From Enoplolaimus lenunculus (taxonomy: Eukaryota), in NCBI GenBank assembly GCA_030248215.1, contig JASANG010003711.1, positions 434,001 through 498,000 of the forward strand: a stretch of DNA of 64,000 bases, in the 5' to 3' direction. A program made the translations under genes and the position numbers. Under the pieces are notes generated by a model. It saw nothing but the letters and a program-made list of their open reading frames with translations, ran no database searches and was not told the origin of the DNA. Positions 44,550-57,823 of this stretch are shown here, piece after piece (the stretch's first letter is position 1; every line of letters starts with the position of its first letter).

Positions 44550-45569
44550 CCTGTTGTTTATTATTTTAGATACGTAATACATGCTTGATAGGTACATAAA
44601 GCCCCTTCGTTTCATTGTAACACATGCCGGTCCTTTAAATCTTTCACCGCCGTCTTGTTTCGATGACAGCGGAGCAAATTAATTATACGTTCAAAAAAAG
44701 TTACTACAATTGCGCTTTCAACACGCAATGATAGTGTTGTTGGCTTTTATACAGTTTGTCTCACAGACATAAGCTTAGGTTCAGGTTTTGGCGTACGCTT
44801 AGGCTTAGGTTTCGGAAAACGTGTAAAGGCGAAGCCAAAACGTATGTTTAAGCCTTTACTGCGCCTATGTCTGAGCCTAAGACTTAACTTTAATGTGTGA
44901 AGGGAAGGGTACAAGAGCCGGATTATGTTTGGGATGTGATTGGATATCCTCTCGGTGTAATTTCCTGCGAAGAACGATATCCGTATCCGGTATCCGGTAC
45001 AGGGATGTGCGGACTCGGTTGAAAACCCAGAATGAGACCGAGACCTGACTACCGAGACCGGCTAAAAAGGTGTTGGTCTGGGTTAATTTTTGATCATCAT
45101 CGAAAAAAATGAAAATTTCCAAAATAAATTATTTTTAATGCTTTTTTCGTATTTTTGTGTTTTTACAGCTTTTTTGTGTTTTTTTTCAGAATACCTGCTC
45201 GGTGATTATTGTGTAACTATGAAATTTCATAATTTCACAAAAAAAATTTAATCATTAACCATCAATTAATTCAACAGGACAATTATACATTTGCAGAATC
45301 TTCCTCTTTTGGTCTCTGTTCCAAACCACCGAGACTCAAAAAAGCGAGACCGAGACCGGAGGTTTTCGAGCTTGGGAATTGGAAAACTGTGTAAGACATC
45401 GGAAATGGTACTTTTGTTCGCTCAAAAATATGTAGTTCCGTTGCGATCACGGTGCATCTGTAATTACAATTTACCGGAACCGCAATTTGAATAAATTACA
45501 GGAACAGAACCAGAAAATGACGAATACATGCCACTGAAAAATTTATTTCAACTTTTTTGCAATATTATT

Positions 45570-45841
45570 GGTGAAATAGCTGAAGTTGGAGATATTCACG
45601 CAGTTGAACGAAATAGCGTAAACTGCATCGCTTTGTTTATCTGTTTTAGATAAATATTTCGTAATGCTTATAGCATTGAGCGGTTGTATGGTTTGATGTT
45701 TTTAGGGTGAAATAGCTGAAGTTGGAGATATTCACGCAGTTGAACGAAATAGCGTAAACTGCATCGCTTTGTTTATCTGTTTTAGATAAATATTTCGTAA
45801 TGCTTATAGCATTGAGCGGTTGTATGGTTTGATGTTTTTAG
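45570..45841. repeat. Perfect 136-bp tandem duplication
   Basis: 45570-45705 appears identical to 45706-45841. Confidence 0.92.
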
Positions 45842-48800
45842 ATATTAAACTCAAATGCGGTTCGATTCATTCATCGAAGCATTATATATAATTGTTCTTG
45901 CGTGTGTTGATTGGTACACTGCTTGAACGTAATGTACTTATTTTAAATTAAACATCTATTATTGAGCGTTGCTTTTGGAAACAGCAGGAAACTTGATATG
46001 AATGTATTTAGGGGCTTAGCAAGACACGGTGGAACATTTATATAACCGTGGCTTTTTGTTTCATTCGTGAGAATTTGTCCGATATTACTTATTGCTTTCC
46101 CCTTGGTTTTGGATCAGCTGCACAGCCTTTGCGTATATTTACACGCAAAGCATGGTAATTTGGTGCTGTGCACAGTATATATAGGATTAAATAGTGCCAT
46201 TGGCTTGCATAATTAATGTTTATTACGTTTTTCAGGTTTTTTCCATCTGTATCACCGAGACGTTTATTCATTTTTTTGTTGCTTTAGCACTAGAATCGGG
46301 GAAACTAGCCAGCCGCCGCCATGTGCATTGAGAGAAAGAGAGCGTTTTGAACAGTTTTTGATCAAATCCAAATGATCAATTGAGCTGCGTTTCAGTTATA
46401 TGTTGTGATCGCGTTTGGGGCGTGTTTTAGAGCCGTATATAGGCCTTTTTGAGGGTTTTTTTACTGTTTAGAATGGGTATTTGGTCGTAAACACTTTGCA
46501 CAGTGAAGTCTTTAGGGCCACCTTGAGATATTTTAGGCCTAGGGCGCTAATATCCTTGTGAATCATCGCGTATTTAACAACTTGAACTATAAACATTGTC
46601 TTGTAATGCTTACTTATTATTTTAGTTATATTTTAAATTGACTGATGTTTATTTATTAACCAGGCAAAACGTGTAATTTGATCAGACAGAAAAAATCGAA
46701 TATAAAATCAAATTTAGCCGTGAAAGGATTAGGGGAGGTCATGTGAAGCCCAAATATGCAAAAATTTTCGAAATCGAACCATTTTACTACGATTGGGTTG
46801 TATACGGACGTAACGTACGTATACAACCCACAGTGGGAAGTGGGTAAGGATTTTTTATACGACCCGCGCTTTACCTTCTAAAACAAGAATTTTTTACCCG
46901 CGGGTATACTCGCGCACAAAAGATCTACACAGCCACGACCCACCTTTTACTCGCGTCTGATGTAGTGAAGTCAAACCAATATTTTACAGATCGTTGGTGA
47001 TTCGCGCTTTAATGAAGTTTTGCGATATAGCTTCAATCAGTTTTACAAATGAAATTCTACTATAAACAACAGAATTTCCAACCCAGCTAAATAAAGCACG
47101 GGCCGCATCTGACCAGAAATAAAACAGACAATAGCGTAAGTTTTCCACCTTAAAAAACTAATTTTTTACCCGCGTGATAGAAATCTTTACCCGCTTGCAT
47201 AGCCCGCCTGAAATTCTTCACCCGATCCGCGTTTACCCGCGCAGGTAAGGGCGGGCACCCGCGGGCAATGTCCGACTCTGATACCAACATGGCCAAATGC
47301 TCAATTACAGCAGCTTAGAAACAGAATATAAATTTTCTTCGTAATTTGGCAAGTTCAGCTGTGTACGTATATATAATATATGTGGTTATGATCGCGACCT
47401 ATATAATTGTTACGGTTTGAAAATAACAACAAAGTGCAGATGTTGAAAAACATATTTGTTGACGATTTATAATTTTCTAGTAGTATATATTCTTTAAAAT
47501 AATACGTGAGGAAAATATGCTAGCACCTTCGGTCGCCACGAAGGCTGGGTTTGGCTGTTGTGAATTTGTTGAGCAAAAAACAAATCTTCGGATGTTTGTT
47601 ATTCAGATTGAATAATGTTAAAAACAAAGCGATGAATGCGCCTTCCTTGGTTGCTAGCTTAAGACGCTGTCTTTTTGAACTTGTTGGTGAAATAAACTTA
47701 ATTGAAGATAGGTAGTGACTTAATCTGCTGTATATTAGATTTTCCTTATCCAGAAGCGAAATCGGCGGAAGTACGGAATCTGGGCCCACTATGATTTTAA
47801 TAGTGTAAACACGAAAAGGTTGGACGAGGAAGTATCTATCATTCGCATGATCGTTAAATATAAACTTTACTAGGTTTATTTCTTAAACAAATTTGCCGTC
47901 TGTACATGTTTTATATAGTAAAAAGTTGAAAGTTTAAGGGCCATAAGTATTGTACCGGAGCCCCCTCAGCGCTAAATATGGAACCGCTGAACTTAGTGCG
48001 TTCAAATCTATAAAATGAACTGTTTTTATTAAATTCCTAGGCGGGTCCATATTCCGTACTTCCGCCGCGAAATCTAACTTCGATGGTTTATTTTTCGTGA
48101 TTTTCAAGTTATATATACTATACGAATTAAACCTTTTTCATTTTTATCGTCATTAATTGAACAAGTGACTTTAGAAAGGTTTCTTAAAGAATAGTAAATT
48201 TAAAAAACGACCAAAGTTTAATACTGCTGGAATTTTTAATTCGCATAAAAATTTACCGGAACCGGAAGGCGAAAAAATGTCGGAACCGGAATTCCAGTTA
48301 TATACATCCTGGTTAATATTTTAGTCGTTTTGTTGTGTGACGGTCATAACCAAGCCTAATCCTTAGGTATACGTATATACACACCACTGTATACACAGTG
48401 TTGAGTATTGAGAGTTGTCTCTTGAGCTCAGTATACATATACATTTAGTTTTGTTTTATGTAAATTATATTTTTTGTAGTAAAAAAAAGGTTTATTTGAA
48501 AGCTTTGAGCTTTGGAGACTCGGCGATCATTTGAAAATGAATATTTGATTGGCAGATCAAGGATTTTGTGTATTTATATTCTTGTTTACAAAACCAGTCA
48601 AGTTTGGACAGTTTGTTGACTTAGTAGTAGTAGAAGAGAACGGCGATGACAAAGCTGCTATCCAATGCTTTATTACTACTGTGCTGTTTAGGTTAAATAT
48701 AATTGCCGGGTTAAACTTTTCAGACCGAAGCCAGTTTGATGACCGATATTTTGTTTTACGGTGTAAGATATACGAATATACGTATGGTTTAATTGTAGGT

Positions 48801-50894
48801 TGTGTGCCAGACAAAATGAGTCGGATGAATGTTACTCGTTTATAAAACAAATAATCAACCCTTTCTCCGTTTGTGCCTCGTTTCCTATTTTGTGTTTAGA
48901 AAGAAAAGTTGTGTAATTGAAAAAAACCTATTTGTGTGTATAATCAAACGCGAGGCAGAGGTTAGCTGAGGAAACTTGCTAAGTTGAAAATTTCAGAAAA
49001 ATTAACGAGTCTCTTGTATGGTTTCACCAGCATTAAACAGTTAAGGTTTAGGGTTAGATAAAGGCTCAGCCAGGTGAAGGCTTAGGTATTGGTGACAAGC
49101 CTTAGGGGACAAGAGGCTGCTTCAATGATATCAGGAATGTGTACCAGTTAACCGGTGTCATCTGAGCATTGTGAAACCGTTGAACGAGATGCAGCCAAAA
49201 TCGAAGTTTTATGTTTATCAGAAAAACTTGGTTAAATGCCGTTGTTTTGGTTTTCAAAATACAAATATCTGCACATTTGAATCGGTGCGGATGATTTTTA
49301 TGCTTTTGTTCAAAGTGTTTGCCACGCGGGCGCAACCAAATGCGAGGCTCAAGTGAGCCATGTGTCCCGTCTAATGACTTTTAGAAATCAAGTAGACCCA
49401 AAACAAACCATGTATTTTTAAGTAATTGATATGGTACTTGCCAAACGAGAATCCTGGTTTCACCGATGATGTGCCTTGGCTTATTACACATTTTTAACCC
49501 GAGATTGTGTATTACGGTTTAGCGCTATCATGGAGTTTACTCTCAAAATTTTTTGAATATGCCACTGATGTAGCATAAGCGCAGCCCGTCTTCATGACCG
49601 TTTTAGGGTCTGCTTGTTAATACATGATGCTGTTTTCTTTATCTACCAATCGTTTGTGCTTCTTTTATATTTAACTTTCAAATTTGGTTGTTACTTTTGT
49701 ACACTATTTATATCAAAATTGTAATATTCCCAAAGGTTTTTCTGTAACCAAACAGTCTGACAAAACGTACCATTGGGTAAAGCATACACACACATACACA
49801 ACGATTTCTTTAGTAATGTGTTTAATGTTTTACCCGCAGCGATGTTTTTTTGTTTGGGAAACGAAATTTGAACAGCACACATAACTAAATTATGCGTCAA
49901 TAGGCGATGGCATCGGCGAAAATTGAAACCTAGCCGAAAATTGCAGAGACAGTATATCCAAAAGGGGTGGAGGGGTAGCCAAACTTTTGGAAAAAGGTCA
50001 TGATTTAAAAAAATTTGAAGGGGTACTTGTGGTTCCAACTTGAAAAGTTGCTAAAAATCCGTCTACAAAAACGGTAAAAAGAATTTGGTTATTGGCGACG
50101 CCTGTGCTAGCAAGCAAACGTGAGTGGCTGGTCCAGTATTTGACACTATCTTAAATTTTGGGCTGTTTGTTGCCAAGGGAGGCGGTTACGATACGACCCC
50201 TGTACGTGTAACTCTCTCTTGGTTGGTACCGACGTTGGAAATGACAGCGCAAAACTACTGTCATCTCGTTTTGTACGACTGATGGCGAATGACGTTAAAA
50301 CAGCCTGCCTGCCGCTTAGGCTCCAGCAGCGCTTTTTTTCTTAGGTTTTCTATTTTTTCATGGTTGTCAGAGTTTCATGTACGTTCAGTTATGAAACAAA
50401 CACGATTTTGTGTAGCGATAAAGGTGTATTTTTCGTTAGTTTTGTATGTCGTGTCGTCAACAGTTGTTTGCTTCAGCAAGTAGCAAGTCACCTGTGTTGT
50501 CCCAAGAGCTGTCTGTTGCTTTGCACTGTCACGTAGGGTAGGGTATCATGACAATTCTTCGTCCGAAAGTTCGACGACCGACAACTTGTAACCGAATATC
50601 TCGATATCTCATCGACCCCAGCAACTCGTCGCCCAACAGTACGAACGACAAATAGTCGACCCGATAATTTGTCGCCCTGTTTCCGTTTATATGCGCTGGA
50701 TTTACGAGAGGTTCCGGTAACAATGGGTCGGTTACGCGTCATGTCAGTCGACGGGTTGTCGGACGAATTGTCGTAGTTTTGTCTTCTGCACTTGCCCAGT
50801 ATCTTGTTCATTACAAAAGGCAGAAATAAGTACTTACAAATTGGAATAGTTGTGAACGAAAAATTGAAAAGTTGTTGTGTAAATATGATACATC

Positions 50895-51272
50895 TATGTC
50901 GTAGTCCAAGTCGTAATTCAGCCTAATCCGAATCGAGTAGTCCAACGCGGAATTACGACTTGGGTTAGCCCAAGGCGGAATCATATCTGATAAACCCGTG
51001 CGTTTTCTGATTGGCTACTTGATACCGGCGAATTAGCGTAGGAAAACAAACTGATTGGTAGCCAACAGGAACTTAACGATTACCTAGCCAAAGAAAAAAG
51101 AGGATTTGCATCATCTAATCGTATTCGAGTATCGCATTAACGAAGTAACCAATCACAAGGTGTGCACTTGTAGTAGAGCAAGAATTACACCGTGGGCTAG
51201 CCCAAACCGTAATTCTGCGCTGGACTAGTCCAATTCGGATTTGGGCTGAATTACGGCTTGGGTTACGACATA
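50895..51272. mobile_element. Foldback-like MITE with ~85-bp TIRs, each TIR itself a hairpin, with CCAAT boxes inside
   Basis: tatgtcgtagtccaagtcgtaattcagcc... / ...ggctgaattacggcttgggttacgacata. Internal hairpin ccaagtcgtaattc...gaattacgacttgg. Confidence 0.8.
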
Positions 51273-51738
51273 ATACATTCATATGTTTATTGCTTTTGGA
51301 AAAACTGTATCATATTGTATTGAGGTATAAAAATATCGCCCATTTTATTATCATACAAAGAAAATTATTCTTAATGTGGGAAACATTCACGTCGCAGTTA
51401 TGGTAAGCGTTTCTATTTACGTTTGTAGGCGCATAGCCATAGGTAGCCAGAGATCTCAGCCCCTCCCTCCCTTCCTAAAGAAATTTTGCCCTCCTAGAAA
51501 AATTTTACTCTCTCCATCCCCAGGAAAGTTGTAGGCCCGCTTATATATAAGCCCTGAGAACTGAACATGACCCTCCAAAAATTGTTGTGCCCCCACCTTA
51601 ACATATACATTAATGATACGTGCGTATGAATACTTAGTATCCAGCCAGCTGCGAGAAAAAAAGTAGATCTTTACATGTGAAGTTTGATGCATTTGTCATA
51701 CATCGAAATACATCAATGATACGTATTTCAGCGCAATT

Positions 51739-52138
51739 ATGGGAACGTGTTGTTCGAAACATGACTCATCAGCGTCGTCAATTGCATCTGGCAGTGTTGT
51801 TCAATGTCGACGACCGCTACGCAATAAAGGGTTTGATTCAACAAATTCAAATGCACATAGTCATCATCATTTGAGTACGTCCAGTCTGGTCACTGCCTTA
51901 AAACGTCACAGTTCCAATGGTGCAGCTGCCGGGGCGTGTCATCTTCAATGCGGCAACGGACTGCAAATATCGTCTGACGGACTTCAACAGAGTGGCGGTG
52001 GCGTTATAGCAGGCTGTGATCATACGGCTGGGAATGGCACTTGCTGTTTAGCTGGCTCGACAAATGGAAACAGCTACTGTCAGCGTGCGTTTGTCTATCC
52101 GAAAAAGCCTGCGGTTCCAAAACGCACAAGCATGGATA
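51739..52138 (+). CDS. DCUN1D3: DCN1-like protein 3, coding exon 1 (N-myristoylation/palmitoylation-type start MGTCCSK)
   Basis: ATG at 51739 is preceded by TTTCAG at 51726-51731. Donor A|GTAAGT at 52139 (phase 1) joins exon 2 in frame as ...SMDKDDSCRTF... Confidence 0.72.
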
Positions 52139-52708
52139 GTAAGTTCACCAAACGCAAGTGTCATGTGTTTAGCCAGGAGTCTAGTTTGAGGAAGGCAACG
52201 TGAGTTAGTTGAATATATGTGGTAAGTGTGCAAGTCTCAGCTTCAGCTAGCGCTTAGTTATGAATACAAATTAATTGGTCGAAATTATTGGAGAAGGCGG
52301 GGCGAAATCAAAATCGTATCCGCAACCGCGGAGGGCGCCAAGTGTGTTGAAATAGTTTAATGGGAGTGATAGATTGTTAGTTGTCATCAAAGATAGGATG
52401 TGTCATGAAGCTAACCGCTAGCTTGTTCAAACTAATGTATTCATTTGCTTGTTTCAAGATATAGTACTCGGTTGCATGTCCGCGTGTAATTAATTACTTG
52501 CTTGTTTGCTTGTAACTTAAGGTCATTTTAGGCATTTTTTATGTTTGCAGAACTTTTTCGGTTCAAATCAAGTTCCGATTTGGTTTCCGATATAATTCAG
52601 TTCCGTTTGACATCTTGACGCTTGCTTGTTTAAATAACGATTATGATTTGAGCATAATCTAGTTCCATGGCGCTTACTCAAATTCATAGAAGTTTGGTTT
52701 TGTTTCAG

Positions 52709-53046
52709 AAGACGATTCTTGCCGAACATTTCGTGGAGTTAAAATGTCTGCAGCGGACGCACGTCTGAATGCCGTGTTTGATCGCTACTGTGATCGAACA
52801 AACGGTCATCCCGATGTTATCAGCGCTGACGGTATTATCCGGTTCGCCGCCGACCTCCGGCTTGACCCGAACGCGTTCGCAATACTGGCGTTTGCGTGGC
52901 GGTGTGATGCGTCACAGATGTGCCGCTTCTCACGAGCTGAGTTTTTAGTCGGCGCACGCCGGCTGAAATCGGACGATTTGAAATCGCTTCGTGACTCGCT
53001 CCCACAGATTGAACGAGAGCTCGCGGTGTCGAAGACGAGTTTTAAG
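52709..53046 (+). CDS. DCUN1D3: DCN1-like protein 3, coding exon 2 (EF-hand-like start of PONY domain)
   Basis: tttcAG acceptor; encodes RLNAVFDRY...ISADGIIRFAADLRLDP...LAFAWRCDASQMCRFSRAEF; donor AAG|GTGAGT. Confidence 0.9.
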
Positions 53047-53083
53047 GTGAGTGAGCAATAGTGAAATAAAATGGAGTTAGGTA

Positions 53084-53243
53084 CAGAAGCGTATTCAAGG
53101 GGGGTATATGGTGGATGGATAGATCCCACGCCGAAATTTCAGCGAAGACTTGGAAATTTCACTTATTGCTCGCTACGTTCGCTTGCAAAAAACGTTTAGA
53201 CGTGGTTATTTCCTTTCGAAATGAAATCCTGGCAACACCTCTG
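53084..53243. mobile_element. Intronic MITE, uninterrupted homolog of 14067-14653
   Basis: Shares gcta.gttcgct.gcaaaaa...tttagacgtg.tta and cgaaatgaaatc. Confidence 0.6.
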
Positions 53244-53662
53244 GTGGAATTTTGGATAGGAAGATAACATCGTTTGGTATAGGGCAGACAAGTTGTTGGG
53301 CGAGGTATGTGGTGTGAGGTTTAGAAGGTTAGGGAGGACAAGTAAAAGGAAATGGCTGTGACGGTTTGAAGGTAAGAGACGGGTAATGAAAGGAAATAAG
53401 GTTGGGTTCCTTAGATAACAGGCGGAGTATTTTGTATGAGTTATGGGGTAAAGCGCATGATGTGTTGAAGGCGCGACTTATGGTAGCGATGTTTAATGAA
53501 GGCATACGGGCTGAAGTGCGTATTTTGCATTTGTCAACACTGATTTTGAATTATCGCTGAATGAAACATTAAAACATAAGTTGTTAAACGTATTAAGTTT
53601 GTATTGCTTCAATGGAAATCATAATGTGTTAATATGTTTTAATTATTAGTCATGTTTTCTAG

Positions 53663-53831
53663 GACTTTTATCGCTGGTCGTATCGGTTTGCAGTCGATTC
53701 TGACGTTGGACAGCGTATTCTAGCGTTAGATTTAGCAATGCAGCTGTGGCGATTAGTATTCACACCTCGTCCGGTGCCTGTGCTTGATGATTGGATCATG
53801 TTTCTGACGGAAGCATCTAGTGCTGTCAAAG
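53663..53831 (+). CDS. DCUN1D3: DCN1-like protein 3, coding exon 3 (absent from the ORF track)
   Basis: ttttctAG acceptor; encodes DFYRWSYRFAVDSDVGQRILALDLAMQLWRLVFTPRPVPVLDDWIMFL; donor G|GTGAGC. Confidence 0.9.
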
Positions 53832-54683
53832 GTGAGCGAAATTGAACTAAACAAGAAGTGTCATTGTTCAGTTTGGTTTTTTCGAACAGAGTTAGGCTGA
53901 GCTGTTATTGCATCGAGTACCAAACATTACGACTTTTGAATTTCGATGGTCGAAAACGGTGTTTACAAGTTCTGTAATATTCACTTTCTATAACATAGGC
54001 CGTATTTTCAAATGTGTTAAGCCTTATCACCAGATGGTGATAGGGCTTGTAACTTTCGGACCAGGGAATGCTGAAGCTCAAAATTCAGCACATTTTTGAA
54101 ATGATTTTGCCCTACTCTGCACTAATTTTGAGTGCAACAACGCCAATAAGTTAGTTTGAAAACCTATTACTGACTGATCATAGTTACTAACTCCATTTGA
54201 GAATATGGGCCATAGTTTTTCCATAAACATAAAAACATGTCGTACATGTGCCATTAGTTACGTTTTTGGACAACAGTCAAGGCATTTTAACTATTCAGCT
54301 TGATTTAGTATCTAGGATAAAATTTAAATATCTGGGACGTAATATTCCACTTTTTACTATTAAACTACGTTTAAGTAAATCGTTATTCTGTTTGGTAATA
54401 TGAAAACAAGAAAAGACAAAGTATTTTTGAACCATCGGCATAAAACTGATATTGCGTTGTATGCCATTAGAAATATGCGTTTGTAAACGACAGTCCTTAT
54501 AAATTTAATGATTGAACGGGATTACGCGCATAGGAAGAAGCTTAAATGTTTCGGATGCAAGATACCGCTAATTATTTAGATTACAGTCACTGAAAGTTTC
54601 TTTTAGTGATAGAAAAGAATAAAGGTTAAAATGATGCTCAGTTACATATACGTATGCTTAGATGTTATTGTTGTTGTTTCCAG

Positions 54684-55534
54684 GTATCACAAGAGACACT
54701 TGGAATATGTTTTTGCATTTTGTCGATACCGTTGGAACCAACTACGAAACTTATTCAGCGGATGAAGCTTGGCCTTCGTTGATCGATGATTTTGTGGAAT
54801 GGAAACTGAGTTGCCGTGATCGTCGCAATAGCAGCGAAATTACAGCGGGACCTTTGGTCTCCCAAAACTGTCGCGAAAACCAGCTTGACACAGGCGATGA
54901 AACGCAATTGACAATCAAGACTGATTTGCATAATTGTCAGCCATTGCCTTGCAAATTAACAGACTGCCAGGTATCTAGAACAACTAAGCCATTGAAGAAC
55001 ACTACCAGTAAACCAGTGACGCTATATGCTTGTAAGCAGAGTAATAACAATAGCCCAGGTGTGTGCTGTGACGACAGTTTTAGACGCAATAACGAAACAG
55101 TGACAACAACCACTTATTCATGTGACACTGTTCAACAACTCAGGAACACAGCTAGCTTTGATGAGCTGGGCCAGTGCCTTTTAGGCCCAGAAATGATTGA
55201 AACTGAGGTGAGGGATCCATCGATGGGCTGCAAATCAAGGCAAGGTGGACAGCAAACTTTCAATCCTCAGCTTAGCGATGCGACAATGTTGGAAAATACA
55301 ACAATTGGAACTGGGTTAGGAGTAGATTCAACGGCAGTAGTGGAAAACCAATCAGCGCAGCTCATAGGAAACGATGCTAGTGCACATGTTCATAGTTGTG
55401 GCGCTGTAGTACGAATGGACGGAACCCGAGCAGATTGTGGAAAAATAAGTTTAACTGCGGTTTATACTGACGGAACTGGTTGTAGTATGACAAGGAAAAC
55501 AGCAAATTCTGCTGGGAAAGGATGCAATACTTGA
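54684..55534 (+). CDS. DCUN1D3: DCN1-like protein 3, last coding exon (cullin-binding end of PONY domain plus long C-terminal tail)
   Basis: tttccAG acceptor; encodes GITRDTWNMFLHF...YSADEAWPSLIDDFVEW (DAW patch). Exon lengths 400+338+169+851 = 1758 nt = 585 aa plus stop. Confidence 0.88.
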
Positions 55535-57644
55535 GATTGATGCTGTTTTTGCAATTGTGCGTGGCAGGTGATTTTTAGGGTGGCGGGTGATGGATACAGA
55601 TGCGTTGTTCCTATATTTATATCCATGGATTTGCGGAAATTGCATCAGGATTTTGAAAATATTGCGAAGATACGAGAAGAAGCTGGAATACCCAAGGAAA
55701 ACTTATCGCTTGAGATTTATAAAACTCAAGTACAGTTGGGTTGTGATGTAAGCGTTTGTATCACGAAATATCAAAATGGACAGTTGACATCATGGTGAAT
55801 CGTTTATAGCAATATTTACATCGTGGGTTCGAGCGCCACCACATTCACAGCAAAAGTTTCGTGAACGACTCTATATGGTACTGCTTAGCTTGGAATAGAT
55901 TTAATTTTCTGCCAGTCAAAAATCTGATTAAAATTGTGCGACTGATAACGTGGTGAATCTAAGGATTTTGTTTAGACACAATCATGAAACGTTGTTTGAG
56001 AAAACTGTATACAATTAGCAGATAATTGTTTTATTTGCGATAATGGATATAATGGATACAGCGATCTGAAAGAAGCTTGGAATCGGTTGTTTGAAAAGAG
56101 TCACATATGTCATTAGAAATAGAGCTTTTCAAAAATCAGTTTGTAGATTGCGTTTAATTTTCTAACTTATAATCTATATTTAGTGTGTATGTATTGGTTT
56201 AAAATGTTAAAACACAAGCCGGATATGGTTAAATAAAAGGCTAATGGTGTTATTTGGTGTACATATAATTGGCGGCTGATAAAAAGTTTTCAACTTAAGT
56301 ATAGCGGATGTAATTAATTACGTGTAAATTATCCAAATGATGTTTTGAATATCTAATTTCGTAATATGGTAGGTGTATATAACTAGGAACATAATATTGT
56401 AATATAATTCAGTAGCGGATCCGGAAATTTTGGAATAGTGAAACCATATTGCTTGCGAGAATTCAAATTCAAGTTTAGTGCTAAATGTTGCTAAAAAGTG
56501 GTATAATTCATACCTTTGTATTTATGTATCGTTTGCATGCTCTGGAACAAAATTATATTTATGTATTTGTGCAACACGTTGCACTATTGTTTGTTACAAA
56601 GGGTTTATCAGATTTTCCTGCAATAATTTTTTAAAAATAGTCCGCTTGGTTTGGTTCCGAGAACGTTTGTTATAGATTCAATTGCAGTTTTGTTTTACAG
56701 CATTATTTGTCTATTTTAAGCGTTTTACAGCATGCATAATGCAAAAAAAGTACGTCGTAAAATGTTTGTAGTGTTGTTATATATACCTAATAAACATCAC
56801 GTGCCTTTTGTGTCTGAAAATTTATGTCGACCAGCTTTAGGTTAAAATAGGGGGCGTATATGATATAACTACAATTTCTAAATACTACGAGAACTGAAGC
56901 CAAGATTGTAGGTCGGTAGGGTATAACTTCAATTCAAAGAAGGGTTTTTGTGTATTTTAAGCGAGAGAAAAATTAGAACTTTATGAAAACGTTTGCTTCA
57001 ACTGCATTTGGAACTGTCTTATTGAGTGGAGTCGAAAAATTTTGTAAAACAATTTGTGAGGATAAATAGCGTAAAAAACTATTTCTATCCAGCAAGAACG
57101 ATTGCCTCTTGGCAATATATATACCATGGCCCGTATAAAGAATAGAGGCCTGCCCACTAGCCAGAAGCCTAAACCGAAACCTACGCGTAAGCTTCCCAGT
57201 CTTTTAAATCCCCCTTGTCGCCAGTGACCAGGATTCTATACTTGACGTGAACCTAACAATTAGTTATATTTTCACTGTTTGCGTGACATTTGTAGCAGGA
57301 TATTGGTGAATAGCAAAGATAATAGCGGGGCTGTTTATGGTTGCCCAACTCCGTTTCCCCTCACGATGATTTTTTGTAGCCACCAATGGACCTTCTCGAA
57401 AACGCTTAAAAATTTTCAGTTTACTTTTGAGCAGGGTGTAAACGGATCATGAAAATAACGGAAAGGAAAACGGATGTTGAAGTATACAAGTGTCGCAGAT
57501 GTTTTATTTTTGTTCCAACACCAGTTGACATATGCACATATAATTTTCAACACTGAGAGAAAATTATCTTCCGCTTTTTGCCCCATTTTGCTCCTGATGG
57601 CTGCAATTTCGACCCACCCCACTTCCATCCATGTTTAATGGTAT

Positions 57645-57823
57645 GGCCTAGGGTCGTCCCGGTTTCTGTTGGGTCTGTAAAATAGTAGGCTTACATTCTA
57701 GACTACATTTTTTGCTTATGCTTAGGATTAGGCTGAGGAATACGCTTTTGCAACGCTAAGGCTATGCTTAGGCTTAGGAATGCTCTTAATCTACTGTTAC
57801 GCCCCTAAAAGTAACATTGGCCG
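57645..57823. mobile_element. CTTAGG-carrying MITE copy
   Basis: Collinear with 62595-62769; ends ctgttacgcccctaaaagtaacattggccg. Confidence 0.68.

Noticed and set aside
52551..52660. Extra DCUN1D3 exon after the ttgcAG acceptor
   Set aside because: Not needed, because the 52138-52709 junction is already in frame; no homology or clear donor.
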